DNA from: Octopus vulgaris
Taxonomy: Eukaryota
Length of the DNA stretch: 64,000 nt
Direction: 5' to 3'
Assembly: GCA_951406725.2 (NCBI GenBank)
Contig: OX597816.1
Coordinates: 165,726,001-165,790,000, forward strand
Both the position numbers and the translations under genes were made by a program. This document shows, piece by piece, positions 39,645 through 53,388 of this stretch; position 1 is the first letter of the stretch, and the number at the start of each line of letters is the position of its first letter. A model generated the notes under the pieces. The model had not been told where the DNA came from. It did not search any database and saw only the letters and a program-made list of their open reading frames with translations.

Positions 39645-42300
39645 AAGAAAATTTATGAAAGGGGGGAGGAGCTACAGACTTTGGACATAGAGGGTAGCTG
39701 GAAATTTCTACGGGGCAGCTTACTGAGTGCCACAGACCAAATCTGCAGCTGGTGCAAAGTCCCTTCCAGACCTAGAGTAACGTGGTGGTGGAATATTAAT
39801 GGTATACAAAGCCATTAGAGAAAAGAAGCAAGCCTGGAAAGCCTGGAAGAGTGGAGGTAGCAGGGAACTGTACCAGACAGCCAGAAGGGAGGCTGGGTGA
39901 CAGGTATACATAGCCAAGGGAGAAGCAGGAAAGAAGATTGCTAATGTTCAGTGATGTGAGGACCAAAGAAGTGAAGTATTTTGGATTGCAAGACAGTGTG
40001 TGAGAGAAAATTGTGATGTCACAGGAGAGAAATGTGTCCACATGGATGATGGTACTCTTACCTTTAATGATTCTGAAAAGAAAGAGGCTTGGAGAAACCA
40101 TTATGAAAGGCTGCTGAATGTGGAGAATGAGTGTTGATCCAGTAGAGGGACCAGCTATCCGAATAGACAGCACTATGGTAGATAAAGCAGTTAAAAGCTC
40201 CTGACCTATCAGGAATCACTGTTGAGATGCTTAAAATATCTGGTGGTGTGGGTTATGGCCCAGTCACCCATATCATAACCCAGGTAATTCATGAAGGAGT
40301 CATACTCAATGATTGGTGTAGCAGCACCACAGTCAACTGCTACAAAGGTAAAAAAGATGCTTTAGATAGAAATAACTACTGGGGTATCAAACTGCTGGAT
40401 CAGGTGATGAAGGTCATGGAGAGGGTCGTAGCGCAACTAATTACAGAGAGAGTCTGCTAAGATGAGATGCAGGTCAGTTTTGTGCCAGGTAGAAGCACCA
40501 TTAATACTATATTCCTGGTACAGTAACTGCTGGAGAAATACCGAGCCAAAGATAAACCCCCATACTTAGCTTTTGTGGACTTGGAGAAAGTCTTTGACAG
40601 GGTCCCCCTATCTCTTATCTGGTGGTCAATGCGGAAACTAGGGATAGATGAGTGGTTAGTGAGCGATGTGCAAGCCATGTACAGGAATGCTGTCAGTGAG
40701 GTGAGAGTTGGCAACGAGTATAGTGAAGAATTCCAGGTAAGGGTAAGGGTCCACCAAGATCAGTCCTCAGCCCCTCTTATTCATCATAGTCCTCTAGGCA
40801 ATAACAGAGGAATTCAAGATAGGATGACCCTGGGAGTTTCTCTGTGCTGATGACCTTGCTCTAATAGGTGAGTCACTATCAGAACTACAGAAGAAGTTTC
40901 AGGTATAGAAGCAAGGTTTAGAATCGAAGGGCCTTAGAGTTAATCTAGCAAAAATCAAAGTCTTAATAAGTAGGAAGGCAGACAAATCATAAATCCCTTC
41001 AGATAGATGGCCCTGCTCAATCTGTAGAAAAGGTGTAGGTAGAAACTCTATAAGATGTACATAAGAGGTGCAGCAATCTAGGAAGATAGTTTTTGTGTGT
41101 GGCAAATGCTCAGAGGCAATAAACACTGAAAATGTGCAGAAAACAGCTTTCATTACATGCCAGGGGAAAAAACTAAAAGTAGTTGATAGCTTCCGTTACC
41201 TAGGTGACCAAGTCAATAGCGGGGGTGGATGTTCTGATAGTGTAGCTGCTAGAATAAGAATAGCCTGGGCAAAGAAGAGCTTGGTGACAAAGGGCCTATC
41301 GCCCAGGGTAAAAGGTAGACTGTATGACGCATGTGTGCGAACAACCATACTGCATGGCAGCGAAACATCGGCCGTGACTGCTGAGGACATGCATAAGCTT
41401 GCAAGGAATGAAGCTAGTATGCTCTGCTGAATGTGTAATGTCAGTGTGCATACATGACAGAGTATAAGCGCCTTGAAAGAAAAGTTGGGCATAAGAAGCA
41501 TCAGATGTAGTGTGCAAGAGAGACGACTGCACTGGTATAGTCATGTGTCGTGTATGGATGAGGACAACTGTGTGAAAAAGTGTTACACCCTACCAGTGGA
41601 GGGAACCTGTGGAAGAGGTAGACCCAGGAAGACATGGGATGAGGTGGTGAAGCACAACCTTCGAACGTTGGGCCTCACAGAGGCGATGACAAGTTATCGA
41701 GACCTTTGGAGATATGCTGTGCTTGAGAGGACCCAGCAGACCAAACGAGACCGTAACCCTGGCCTATGTCAGTGAAGCATAACTGGCCCCATTTAAGAGT
41801 ACCCTTCAATCATTGGGCAATAATCTGCACTTGCAAAGACCTGTTGAGTCAAGTGAAGTCATTGGCGTGGCTGATGACAGTATCGCCAGATTGGCACCCA
41901 TGCCGGTGGCACGTAAAAAGCACCATTCAAGCGTGGTCGATGCCAGTGCCGCCTGGCTGGTCCCGTGCCAGTGGCACGTAAAAAGCACCATTCGAGTGTG
42001 GTCGTTGCCAGTGCCGCCTGACTGGCTCCCATGCCGATGGTACATAAAAAGCATCATTGAAGTGTGGTCGATGTCAGTACCGCCTGACTGGCCCTCGTGT
42101 CGGTGTCACATAAAAAGCACTCTCGGAGTGGTTGGCGTTAGGAAGGGCATCCAGTTGTAGAAACTCTGCCAGACCAGATTGGTGCCTGGTGCAGGCTTGT
42201 GGCTTACGAGCCCTCAGTCAAACCGTCCAACCCATGCCAGCATGGAAAGCGGACGTTAAACGACGATGACGACGACGACTACGATGATGATGATGATGAT
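39645..42300 (+). mobile_element. Decayed RTE-clade LINE (RT, Cys-rich insert, 3' UTR with tandem repeats, (GAT/GAC)n tail)
   Basis: NYWGIKLLDQVMKVMERV; FVDLEKVFDRVP; LCADDLAL; FRYLG; KGRLYDACVRTTILHGSET; RGRPRKTW; many stops. Confidence 0.93.
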
Positions 42301-42442
42301 GAGGAGGAGGAGGAGGAGGAACTGTATACAGGTGTAGGCGTGGCTGTGTAGTAAGAAATTTAGGCAAATATTTTCTATTATAGCTTTGATTTTCTCAAAG
42401 GCTTGTGAGAATATTTCGCAAACGGAAAGTGAAAGAAGCCTG

Positions 42443-42482
<40 letters not shown>

Positions 42483-42959
42483 GCACACACGCACCCATTC
42501 ACATAATACATACATACATAATCATGCAATTCTTGCTAGTATGAATATACCTTGTAAAAGAAATAATACATTTTAAAGAATTGCTTTGGTATAATGGTAG
42601 AACGTCTGTCATGTTTATAACAAACGTGGATACACCAACCAGCTGCTGGTGCTCCTGGAATTTACGCCATCGCCCTTCCATCATATCTCCCATTTCTCGT
42701 TCCCTTCACCAACAATACCACCACCCCGGAGCACCATCGTTTGGAACTTATCTACTTTAATCTGGCCCTGCCTCTTTCGACATCTCCTTTGGTCACGTCC
42801 CATCAGACGCGACTGCAATCTGTGTGGCCTTGTCGTTGCTCTTTCATCGATCGCTTCACACAGCTTCGATCTTTCATATAAGGTTGACACAGAACAAAAC
42901 AACAACTGCAGTCTAAACATCAATAACCCCATGCTTTCTTAAAAAAAAAAAAAAGAATA

Positions 42960-43170
42960 TGGCGTGCTGGCAGAATCGTTAGCACGCCAAGTAAAGCGTT
43001 TAGTGACATTTCGTTCGTCTTTACGTTCAGAATTCAAATGCCACCGAAGTCTACTTTCACTTTCATTCTTCCGCATTCGATAAAATAAGTACCAGTTAAG
43101 CCCTGGGGGTTGATGTTATCGACTTACCCTTCTCCTAAAATTACTAGGCTTTTGATAAAATACGAAACTA
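42960..43170 (+). mobile_element. Diverged Meta-type SINE
   Basis: Family consensus. Confidence 0.8.
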
Positions 43171-43838
43171 TTGATTTCCTTTAACTCTTAAGTGTTACAA
43201 AGCAATCGTAATTCCGCCTTTTTCTCGACACTCGAGTCATTCCCCGACATCACCACAATCACACATATCGGTTTTAGGAACTATTCTCAGAGCTTTTAGA
43301 ATTAATCCACGATGTTTAATCTTCCGTGTTACCGATTGTATAATCCTTTATGTAGTTTCGGAGATTTTTTATTTATTGATTGATTTTGGGAAATCTATTT
43401 TAGTAAAAATCCAGGAATTTCAAATATTTCAACCATTCCATAAAATTCGGAAACCTTATAATTTCATTTTACAATTTTTGTATAAAATTCTTCAAGTTGT
43501 CTACATTAGATTTCCCATACATACATACATACATACATACATACATACATACATACATACATACATTACATACATACCTACATACCTACATACACACATA
43601 CATCTATATATACATACATACACAATACATACATTACTTACATTATATACATACATTACATACATACATTACATACATAGAAACATACATACATAGAAAC
43701 ATACATACATACATACATACATACATACATACATACATACATACCTACATACCTACATACCTACCTACATACATACATACACACATTACATACATTCATA
43801 CATACATACCTGCATACATACATACATACATACATACA

Positions 43839-43869
<31 letters not shown>

Positions 43870-44193
43870 TAACAAACCGAAATCCCGTGACCCGACAGTT
43901 TCGCCATCAGAGCTTGACATTTTTTCTTGCTCTGTGCTTTCATACACTCGACACCTACACAAGAGACTTTATCTGGATAAATACTGCATTATCACGGCGC
44001 TTTTATTATACACCCACACGAAGTACGATATAAAGGTTACAAATCGGTTGTAATACTGCCTTTCTTCCTTGTATCTAATTTCTAATCGGTTTCCCACTGT
44101 TAGCGACACCAGTGACTGAATAGTCATTGGCTGGCTAAAATATCAGTGGAACAGGAAGGGATTTTGACTAGTATGTGATGTTAGCCGATATCT

Positions 44194-44237
44194 GCTCCTG
44201 ATGAGGTGCAAGTCATCCCGAAATCACGTGGTACTGC
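44194..44237 (+). ncRNA. Degenerate hammerhead-like motif
   Basis: CTGATGA-ggtg..catcc-c-GAAA-TCACGTGG-TA; stem I does not pair. Confidence 0.4.
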
Positions 44238-44514
44238 AAGGTGCTCGACATTTCTCATATGCTCCCAGTAACGCTATGTATTTATTTATTACATTACGAC
44301 TGACTTTCTCGGAGTTAATATTGTAATTAATACTGCGCTCCGATAATACATCTACGCTAAAGGTTGCCATGCATGTATGTACGTACGTACATACAGACAC
44401 ACACATACATACATATATACACACATATCCATATACATATAGATATACTTATATCTCTCTCGCTTTCTTTTCTTCTTTCTCTCCCTCCTTCTTCCTCTCT
44501 CTCTCTCTCCCTCG

Positions 44515-44573
<59 letters not shown>

Positions 44574-44579
44574 TATATA

Positions 44580-44935
44580 GGCGCAGGCGTAGCTTTCTGG
44601 TAAGAAGCCTACTTCTCTACCATATAGCTCTGAGTTCAATCCCACTGCTGGGTATCTTTGGCAAGTGTCTTCAACTGTTACCTCTTGTCGACCAAAGCCT
44701 TGTGAGTGAATCTGGTAGACGGAAACTGAAAGAAGCCCGTCGTACACACACACACACGTACACATATGCCTTTGTGTCTGTGTTTGCCCCTCGCCACCGC
44801 TTGATAACGGCGTGGGTTTGTTTACGTCCCCGTAACTTAGTGGTTCAGGCTTGCAAGAAATAAGTACTCGGGTCGATTCAATCGACTAAAACTTCCTTAA
44901 AGCGAAGCCCCAGTTGGCCACAGTCTAAAACAAGT
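44580..44935 (+). mobile_element. SINE family A
   Basis: ggcgcaggcgtagct...ggtagacggaaactgaaagaagcc. Confidence 0.85.
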
Positions 44936-44958
44936 ACACACACACACGCACGCACACA

Positions 44959-45028
<70 letters not shown>

Positions 45029-45122
45029 ACACTTCAGTATGAATATACACGTATATACATATCTGTTGGACCACTGAACTCAACACTTTTTTTTCATTCT
45101 CTCTGTTTATTTTCTCTTATTC

Positions 45123-45158
45123 CTTTCTGTTGAAGAGCGTAGGCCCGAAACGTAAAAG
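45123..45158 (+). ncRNA. Minimal hammerhead motif, CUGUNGA core variant
   Basis: CTTT-CTGTTGA-A-GAGC gtag GCCC-GAAAC-GTA-AAAG. Confidence 0.6.
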
Positions 45159-45363
45159 ACATTTTCATTTTCCCGAGCATCAAACTAATGCACTTGCTTG
45201 TTGTTCATACACCTGTCATTGTTTTTATTTTTCTATAAATTTGAACTACACACACACACACACACATATATAAATATATATACACACAAATAATTAGAAA
45301 ATAAACCACAGATTAACCAACACATCAATTGGACCACATTTATAGTTTAGTTTTAATCCAAAG

Positions 45364-45501
45364 CATGAATAATTTTTAGACAACTGAATCGACAATATAC
45401 CGATAGTATATACGATAGTATATACGTTTATTTTATTCTTTAGTTGGTTACTATAACCGCTAACTCTGCTTACACACACACACACACACACACATACACA
45501 C

Positions 45502-45563
<62 letters not shown>

Positions 45564-45700
45564 AAACAAAACAAAAAATGAACGTAACTGGCGACAACAT
45601 TCGGAGAGTTAGACGATATAAAAAAGGAAAGAAAAAAACAAAACCGGGTCATTCGGAGTTTTCAATCTTCAGTCGAGTACCAGATCGACTTTGCAGTTTC

Positions 45701-45786
<86 letters not shown>

Positions 45787-46590
45787 AAGGTATAAACAGA
45801 CAGAAAGGCAGACAGTAAACGGATAGCTAGCTATCCAGCTAGATAGACAGATACATACATAGCTTTTCTCTAAGCTTTTCTCTACATCTTAATGTACTCA
45901 GCGTACACTGAAACACAAGCCTTGAATGTCAAAGGAGAAAAAATAGCAAATAAATAATTAAAATATAAAATTTTAAAAAAAGAAAAAGAAAAAAAATCAA
46001 TAGCTTTATATCATAGAAAAGGTTATGTACGAGCGCATGCGCATAGCTAGATTTTGTCAAAATTGCACCTCGTTTTTCAATTTTCGCTTTTATCTTGCAG
46101 CTATGGGATATACGTGTATAGGAAGACATCGGTGACATTATAGCGGTCGATTAATTGAGTCGTTGGAGCGTTGGCGAAACTGCTTAGTGTTATTACTTTC
46201 GGCTCTTTGTTCTCTGAGTTAAAAATCATTGCCGTTGCCGACTTTATCTTTCGTCGTTTTCGGGGACATTAAAGTAAGAACCAGTAAAAAAACGTGGGAC
46301 GATAGATAGCTCTTTCCCTCCTTCCTTCCCTTCCACTCTCCTCTCCTCCCCACTTCTTTCTGGAAGACATCGATTATGTTAAGACTGAAAGGAGATGAGC
46401 CCCACCAAGTTTAAGATTCTCCAAAACACACCCTATGTCAGGATGGCGCCTCAAAGACTCCACTAATTGAGGGCTTCTCGTTAGTTCAACAAAATTCATT
46501 AGGGATTAAATATCTATTCATTCTCAGTCTTGTTTGAGTTTATTCTTAATGGACGGACATAGCTTCTTTGATGTTGTCACTCCTTGGTAT

Positions 46591-46645
<55 letters not shown>

Positions 46646-48343
46646 TACACACACACACACACACACACTCACACGCACGCACACAAGCACACACTTATAC
46701 ATACACTCATACACTTCGATTGTATGGAGTTTATAATATTCATAATAATACAAAGGGCGAGGCGAGCTGGCAGAAACGTTAGCACGCCGGGCGAAATGCG
46801 TAGCCGTATTTCGTCTGCCGTTACGTTCTGAGTTCGAATTCCGCCGAGGTCGACTTTGCCTTTCATCCTTTCGGGATCGATTAAATAAGTACCAGTAACG
46901 CACTGGGGTCGATATAATCGACTTAATCCGTTTGTCTGTCCTTGTTTATCCCCTCTGTGTTTAGCCCCTTGTGGGTAGTAAAGAAATAGGTATTTCGTCT
47001 GCTGTTACGTTCTGAGATATTCGAATTTCGCCGAGGTCGACTTTGCCTTTCATCCGATTAAATTTCGGGATCGATTAAATAAGTACCAGTAACGCACTGG
47101 GGTCGATATAATCGACTTAATCCGTTTGTCTGTCCTTGTTTGTCCTCTCTGTGTTTAGCCCCTTGTGGGTAGTAAAGAAACAGGTTATGTTCAAAGAAAG
47201 ATACTCTCCAAAGGTACTGTGCAATGGCATTGAAACTGGAAACACGCATATACACAGTGAACTTCTTAACCACACAGCTGTGCCTGTGACCATTCAATCA
47301 CGCCTACTTTTATACAGCATTGCCTGCGTCTGAAACAACCATGTCTGCAGGTTAATGAAGCCAGCTGAATTTAATTAAATTCCATAGTTGTTGCTTCCAG
47401 TTATATGTGACACATTCGTATTGTGTCTATTTTACGTCAAGATGAACTAAGCAGGCGAAAATCAAGAATCTTAGCTCTGAATACAAAGCTTTGCAAATGA
47501 CGAGATATGAACAGTTAACCCTACGGTTAATTAATTTTGCTGATTCGACTCGGCCAACCGAGATTATCTTTTAATGACAATTGCCTTCGACTTTATTCTT
47601 GCATTTCCTAAGCAGATTTATAAACCGTTTCAATTAATCATCTGTTCTGAATAAATTGTTATTTATATTTTCCACACCAGTTCATTATGATTTCTAAATT
47701 AACCGATTTATTAATTATTTTTATTAACAATCAATTCGATGAAGTGTAAGCCCTTGGCCAACAAGGAGGTTGTAGCTATTTCTCATTCATTCCATTCCTA
47801 TCACCCTGAGCGTGTCACAGTCGCAACGATTACTATTATCCGCCCTATTGTTGTTAGAAGTGGCAACCACCCATGAATGGATACTTGTGATCATATGCAG
47901 TAAAATATAAATATTTTCCGGAGTTGTGTTTGACAGGCATATAATTCGATCTCAGATCATATTCTTTTACTCTTTTACTTGTTTCAGTCATTTGACTGCG
48001 GCCATGCTGGAGCACCGGCTTTTAGTCGAACAATTCGACCCCAGGACTTATTCTTTGTAAGCCTAGTACTTATTCCATCGGTCTATTTTGCCAAACCGCT
48101 AAGTTACTGGGACGTAAACACGCCAATGTCGATTGTCAAGCGATGGTGGTGGAGACAAACACAGACACAAATACATGCATACACACAGACACACACACAC
48201 ACACACATATTTATATACATATACGACGGGCTTCTTTCCGTTTCCGTCTACCAAATACACTCACAAGGCTTCGGTCGGCTCGAGGCTATAGTAGAAGACA
48301 CCTGCCCAAGGTGCCATGCAGTAGGAATGAACCTGGAAACATG
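45364..48343 (+). repeat. ~3 kb duplication, copy 1 (copy 2 = 48444-51412)
   Basis: Both start catgaataatttttagac and end cctggaaacatg; separated by 100 N. Confidence 0.97.
46756..47180 (+). mobile_element. Meta-type SINE, two tandem tailed units (repeated at ~49838-50250)
   Basis: Head plus 2 units joined at aaagaaata|ggtatttcgtc. Confidence 0.9.
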
Positions 48344-48443
48344 NNNNNNNNNNNNNNNNNNNNNNNNNNNNNNNNNNNNNNNNNNNNNNNNNNNNNNNNN
48401 NNNNNNNNNNNNNNNNNNNNNNNNNNNNNNNNNNNNNNNNNNN
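48344..48443. other. Assembly gap (100 N)
   Basis: Read directly. Confidence 1.
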
Positions 48444-48586
48444 CATGAATAATTTTTAGACAACTGAATCGACAATATACCGATAGTATATACGATAGTA
48501 TATACGTTTATTTTATTCTTTAGTTGGTTACTATAACCGCTAACTCTGCTTACACACACACACACACACACACATACACACACACG

Positions 48587-48641
<55 letters not shown>

Positions 48642-48778
48642 AAACAAAACAAAAAATGAACGTAACTGGCGACAACATTCGGAGAGTTAGACGATATAAA
48701 AAAGGAAAGAAAAAAACAAAACCGGGTCATTCGGAGTTTTCAATCTTCAGTCGAGTACCAGATCGACTTTGCAGTTTC

Positions 48779-48864
<86 letters not shown>

Positions 48865-49668
48865 AAGGTATAAACAGACAGAAAGGCAGACAGTAAACGG
48901 ATAGCTAGCTATCCAGCTAGATAGACAGATACATACATAGCTTTTCTCTAAGCTTTTCTCTACATCTTAATGTACTCAGCGTACACTGAAACACAAGCCT
49001 TGAATGTCAAAGGAGAAAAAATAGCAAATAAATAATTAAAATATAAAATTTTAAAAAAAGAAAAAGAAAAAAAATCAATAGCTTTATATCATAGAAAAGG
49101 TTATGTACGAGCGCATGCGCATAGCTAGATTTTGTCAAAATTGCACCTCGTTTTTCAATTTTCGCTTTTATCTTGCAGCTATGGGATATACGTGTATAGG
49201 AAGACATCGGTGACATTATAGCGGTCGATTAATTGAGTCGTTGGAGCGTTGGCGAAACTGCTTAGTGTTATTACTTTCGGCTCTTTGTTCTCTGAGTTAA
49301 AAATCATTGCCGTTGCCGACTTTATCTTTCGTCGTTTTCGGGGACATTAAAGTAAGAACCAGTAAAAAAACGTGGGACGATAGATAGCTCTTTCCCTCCT
49401 TCCTTCCCTTCCACTCTCCTCTCCTCCCCACTTCTTTCTGGAAGACATCGATTATGTTAAGACTGAAAGGAGATGAGCCCCACCAAGTTTAAGATTCTCC
49501 AAAACACACCCTATGTCAGGATGGCGCCTCAAAGACTCCACTAATTGAGGGCTTCTCGTTAGTTCAACAAAATTCATTAGGGATTAAATATCTATTCATT
49601 CTCAGTCTTGTTTGAGTTTATTCTTAATGGACGGACATAGCTTCTTTGATGTTGTCACTCCTTGGTAT

Positions 49669-49718
<50 letters not shown>

Positions 49719-49719
49719 A

Positions 49720-49750
<31 letters not shown>

Positions 49751-51412
49751 TCACACGCACGCACACAAGCACACACTTATACATACACTCATACACTTCG
49801 ATTGTATGGAGTTTATAATATTCATAATAATACAAAGGGGGCGAGCTGGCAGAAACGTTAGCACGCCGGGCGAAATGCGTAGCCGTATTTCGTCTGCCGT
49901 TACGTTCTGAGTTCGAATTCCGCCGAGGTCGACTTTGCCTTTCATCCTTTCGGGATCGATTAAATAAGTACCAGTAACGCACTGGGGTCGATATAATCGA
50001 CTTAATCCGTTTGTCTGTCCTTGTTTATCCCCTCTGTGTTTAGCCCCTTGTGGGTAGTAAAGAAATAGGTATTTCGTCTGCTGTTACGTTCTGAGTTCGA
50101 ATTTCGCCGAGGTCGACTTTGCCTTTCATCCTTTCGGGATCGATTAAATAAGTACCAGTAACGCACTGGGGTCGATATAATCGACTTAATCCGTTTGTCT
50201 GTCCTTGTTTGTCCTCTCTGTGTTTAGCCCCTTGTGGGTAGTAAAGAAACAGGTTATGTTCAAAGAAAGATACTCTCCAAAGGTACTGTGCAATGGCATT
50301 GAAACTGGAAACACGCATATACACAGTGAACTTCTTAACCACACAGCTGTGCCTGTGACCATTCAATCACGCCTACTTTTATACAGCATTGCCTGCGTCT
50401 GAAACAACCATGTCTGCAGGTTAATGAAGCCAGCTGAATTTAATTAAATTCCATAGTTGTTGCTTCCAGTTATATGTGACACATTCGTATTGTGTCTATT
50501 TTACGTCAAGATGAACTAAGCAGGCGAAAATCAAGAATCTTAGCTCTGAATACAAAGCTTTGCAAATGACGAGATATGAACAGTTAACCCTACGGTTAAT
50601 TAATTTTGCTGATTCGACTCGGCCAACCGAGATTATCTTTTAATGACAATTGCCTTCGACTTTATTCTTGCATTTCCTAAGCAGATTTATAAACCGTTTC
50701 AATTAATCATCTGTTCTGAATAAATTGTTATTTATATTTTCCACACCAGTTCATTATGATTTCTAAATTAACCGATTTATTAATTATTTTTATTAACAAT
50801 CAATTCGATGAAGTGTAAGCCCTTGGCCAACAAGGAGGTTGTAGCTATTTCTCATTCATTCCATTCCTATCACTCTGAGCGTGTCACAGTCGTAACGATT
50901 ACTATTATCCGCCCTATTGTTGTTAGAAGTGGCAACCACCCATGAATGGATACTTGTGATCATATGCAGTAAAATATAAATATTTTCCGGAGTTGTGTTT
51001 GACAGGCATATAATTCGATCTCAGATCATATTCTTTTACTCTTTTACTTGTTTCAGTCATTTGACTGCGGCCATGCTGGAGCACCGGCTTTTAGTCGAAC
51101 AATTCGACCCCAGGACTTATTCTTTGTAAGCCTAGTACTTATTCCATCGGTCTATTTTGCCAAACCGCTAAGTTACTGGGACGTAAACACGCCAATGTCG
51201 ATTGTCAAGCGATGGTGGTGGAGACAAACACAGACACAAATACATGCATACACACAGACACACACACACACACACATATTTATATACATATACGACGGGC
51301 TTCTTTCCGTTTCCGTCTACCAAATACACTCACAAGGCTTCGGTCGGCTCGAGGCTATAGTAGAAGACACCTGCCCAAGGTGCCATGCAGTAGGAATGAA
51401 CCTGGAAACATG
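48444..51412 (+). repeat. ~3 kb duplication, copy 2
   Basis: Near-identical to 45364-48343. Confidence 0.97.
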
Positions 51413-51451
51413 TGGGTGGTAAGCAAGTTTCTTACCACACAGCCACACCTG
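51034..51451 (-). mobile_element. SINE family A (truncated at the gap in copy 1, 47965-48343)
   Basis: Family consensus. Confidence 0.9.
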
Positions 51452-52205
51452 AGACGAAATACCTATTTCTTTACAACACAGGGCTAAGCACAGAGAGGAC
51501 AAACAAGGACAGACAAACGGATTAAGTCGATTACATCGACACCAGTGCGTAACTGTGATAATTATTTAATCGACCCCGAAAGGATGAAAGGCAAAGTCGA
51601 CCTCGGCGGAATTTGAACTCAGAAGGTAGCGGCAGACGAAATACCTATTTCTTTACTACCTACAAGGGGCGAAGCACAGAGAGGACAAGCAAGGGCAGAC
51701 AAACGGATTAAGTCGATTATATCGACCCCAGTGCATAACTGGTACTTATTTAATCGACTCCGAAAGGATGAAAGGCAAAGTCGACCTCGGCGGAATTTGA
51801 ACTCAGAACGTAGCGGCAGACGAAATACCTATTTCTTTATTACCCACAAGGGGCTAAACACAGAGGGAACAAACAAGGGCAGACAAACGGATTAAGTCGA
51901 TTATATCTACCTCGGTGCGTAACGGGTACTTATTTAATCGACCCCAAAAGGATGAAAGGCAAAGTCGACCTCAGCGGAATTTGAACTCAGAACGTAGCGG
52001 CTGACGAAATACCTATTTCTTTATTACCCACAAGGGGCTAAACACAGAGGGAACAAACAAGGGCAGACAAACGGATTAAGTCGATTACATCGACCCCAGT
52101 GCGTAACTGGTACTTAATTTATCGACCCCGAAAGGATGAAAGGCAAAGTCGACCTCGGCGGAATTTGAACTCAGAACGTAGCGGCAGACGAAATACCGCT
52201 AAGCT
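51452..52205 (-). mobile_element. Tandem array of four ~184-bp tailed Meta-SINE units
   Basis: (a/t)gacgaaatacc at 51452, 51634, 51818, 52002, 52186. Confidence 0.93.
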
Positions 52206-52219
52206 GATGCTGACCTGGT

Positions 52220-52412
52220 TTAATCCCTTTGGCATTCAGATTATTCTGGAAATACAAACTTTATTTATTCGCAATGTTTTGGAAGATGTGATTGTTTCTT
52301 TTTAGACTGACATTGCAGGATAGGTGTAAAAGGTCGGATCTGGCCAGTCCGAATATAAAACAAGTAGACTATTTCAGGTCTGATATCACTGGTTTAAATG
52401 CTAAAGGGTTGA
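52220..52412. mobile_element. Small piggyBac-like MITE
   Basis: TTAAtcccttt.gcatt ... aatgctaaagggTTGA terminal inverted repeats. Confidence 0.5.
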
Positions 52413-52609
52413 CACCAACTCGTGGCTCTTGCTATCATTCGGGTCAGACCTCCGATTTCAAGATGACTTCCGTTCTTTTCTCCTTCCTGATTCAGGACAT
52501 AGTTAACGAGTCTCATCTTTCTTTCTCTCACCAAACCAAATTTTATAGCGTGGTAAGAGGAGGAAGTGGTTGGTTCAAATTCACCATGGGCGCAGCTTGG
52601 CAAGGTATA

Positions 52610-52833
52610 ACGTTGGCAGAAACGTTAGCACGTCGGGCGAAATGTGTAGCTGTATTTCGTCTGTCGATACGTTCCGAGTTCAAATTCCGCCGAGGTCGAC
52701 GTTGCCTTTCATCCTTTCGGGGTCGATAAATAAAGTACCAGTTACGCACTGGGGTCGATGTAGTAGACTTAATCCCTTTGTCTGTCTTTGTTTGTCCCCT
52801 CTGTGTTTAGCTCCTTGTGGGCAATAAAGAAAT
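52610..52833 (+). mobile_element. Meta-type SINE with LINE-like tail
   Basis: Ends tttgtcccctctgtgtttagctccttgtgggcaataaagaaa. Confidence 0.9.
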
Positions 52834-52975
52834 ATATATATATATATATATGTATATATAGTCATTACAGATATAGGGTGAAATATAATTAATTACATAA
52901 AATCAACTAATTTCACCTAGTAGTATTTCGGTATGGAAAAGGACCATATTCGGTAAAAATTTATATAATTATAAT

Positions 52976-53247
52976 TATAATAATAAGTGTTTTTTGCAAC
53001 AAGTTGCTTAAACCCCATACCGAAAATTTTAGAAATAGCAGCCAAAAGACTACTATTTCCTTTTACTACAAAAATTAACCGAAGACTGTGTGATTTCATT
53101 ATTTTTCTTCTTTTTTTGCCATATGTGAGTTACAAATATTGTTGTCTGTGGAGACTTATTTTTGTAGTAAAAGGAAATAGTAGTCTTCTGGGTGGTATTT
53201 CTAAAATTTACGGTATGTGATTTAAACAACTTGTTGCAAAAACCCCT

Positions 53248-53254
<7 letters not shown>
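52976..53254. repeat. Fold-back element with ~100-bp arms between (TA)n tracts
   Basis: ttgcaacaagttg...gactactatttccttttactacaaaaat / atttttgtagtaaaaggaaatagtagtc...caacttgttgcaa. Confidence 0.88.
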
Positions 53255-53313
<59 letters not shown>

Positions 53314-53388
53314 TTATTTATTAAGGAATAAAAATTCCGGCGTCACAGGGATTCAAATAAATTGAATTATTCTCGATAAGGAAATATC

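Noticed and set aside
39336-42300. Inverted terminal repeats around the RTE suggesting a TIR/DIRS-like element
   Set aside because: The left 'arm' is an independent antisense copy of the abundant RTE 3' tail (also at 31278)
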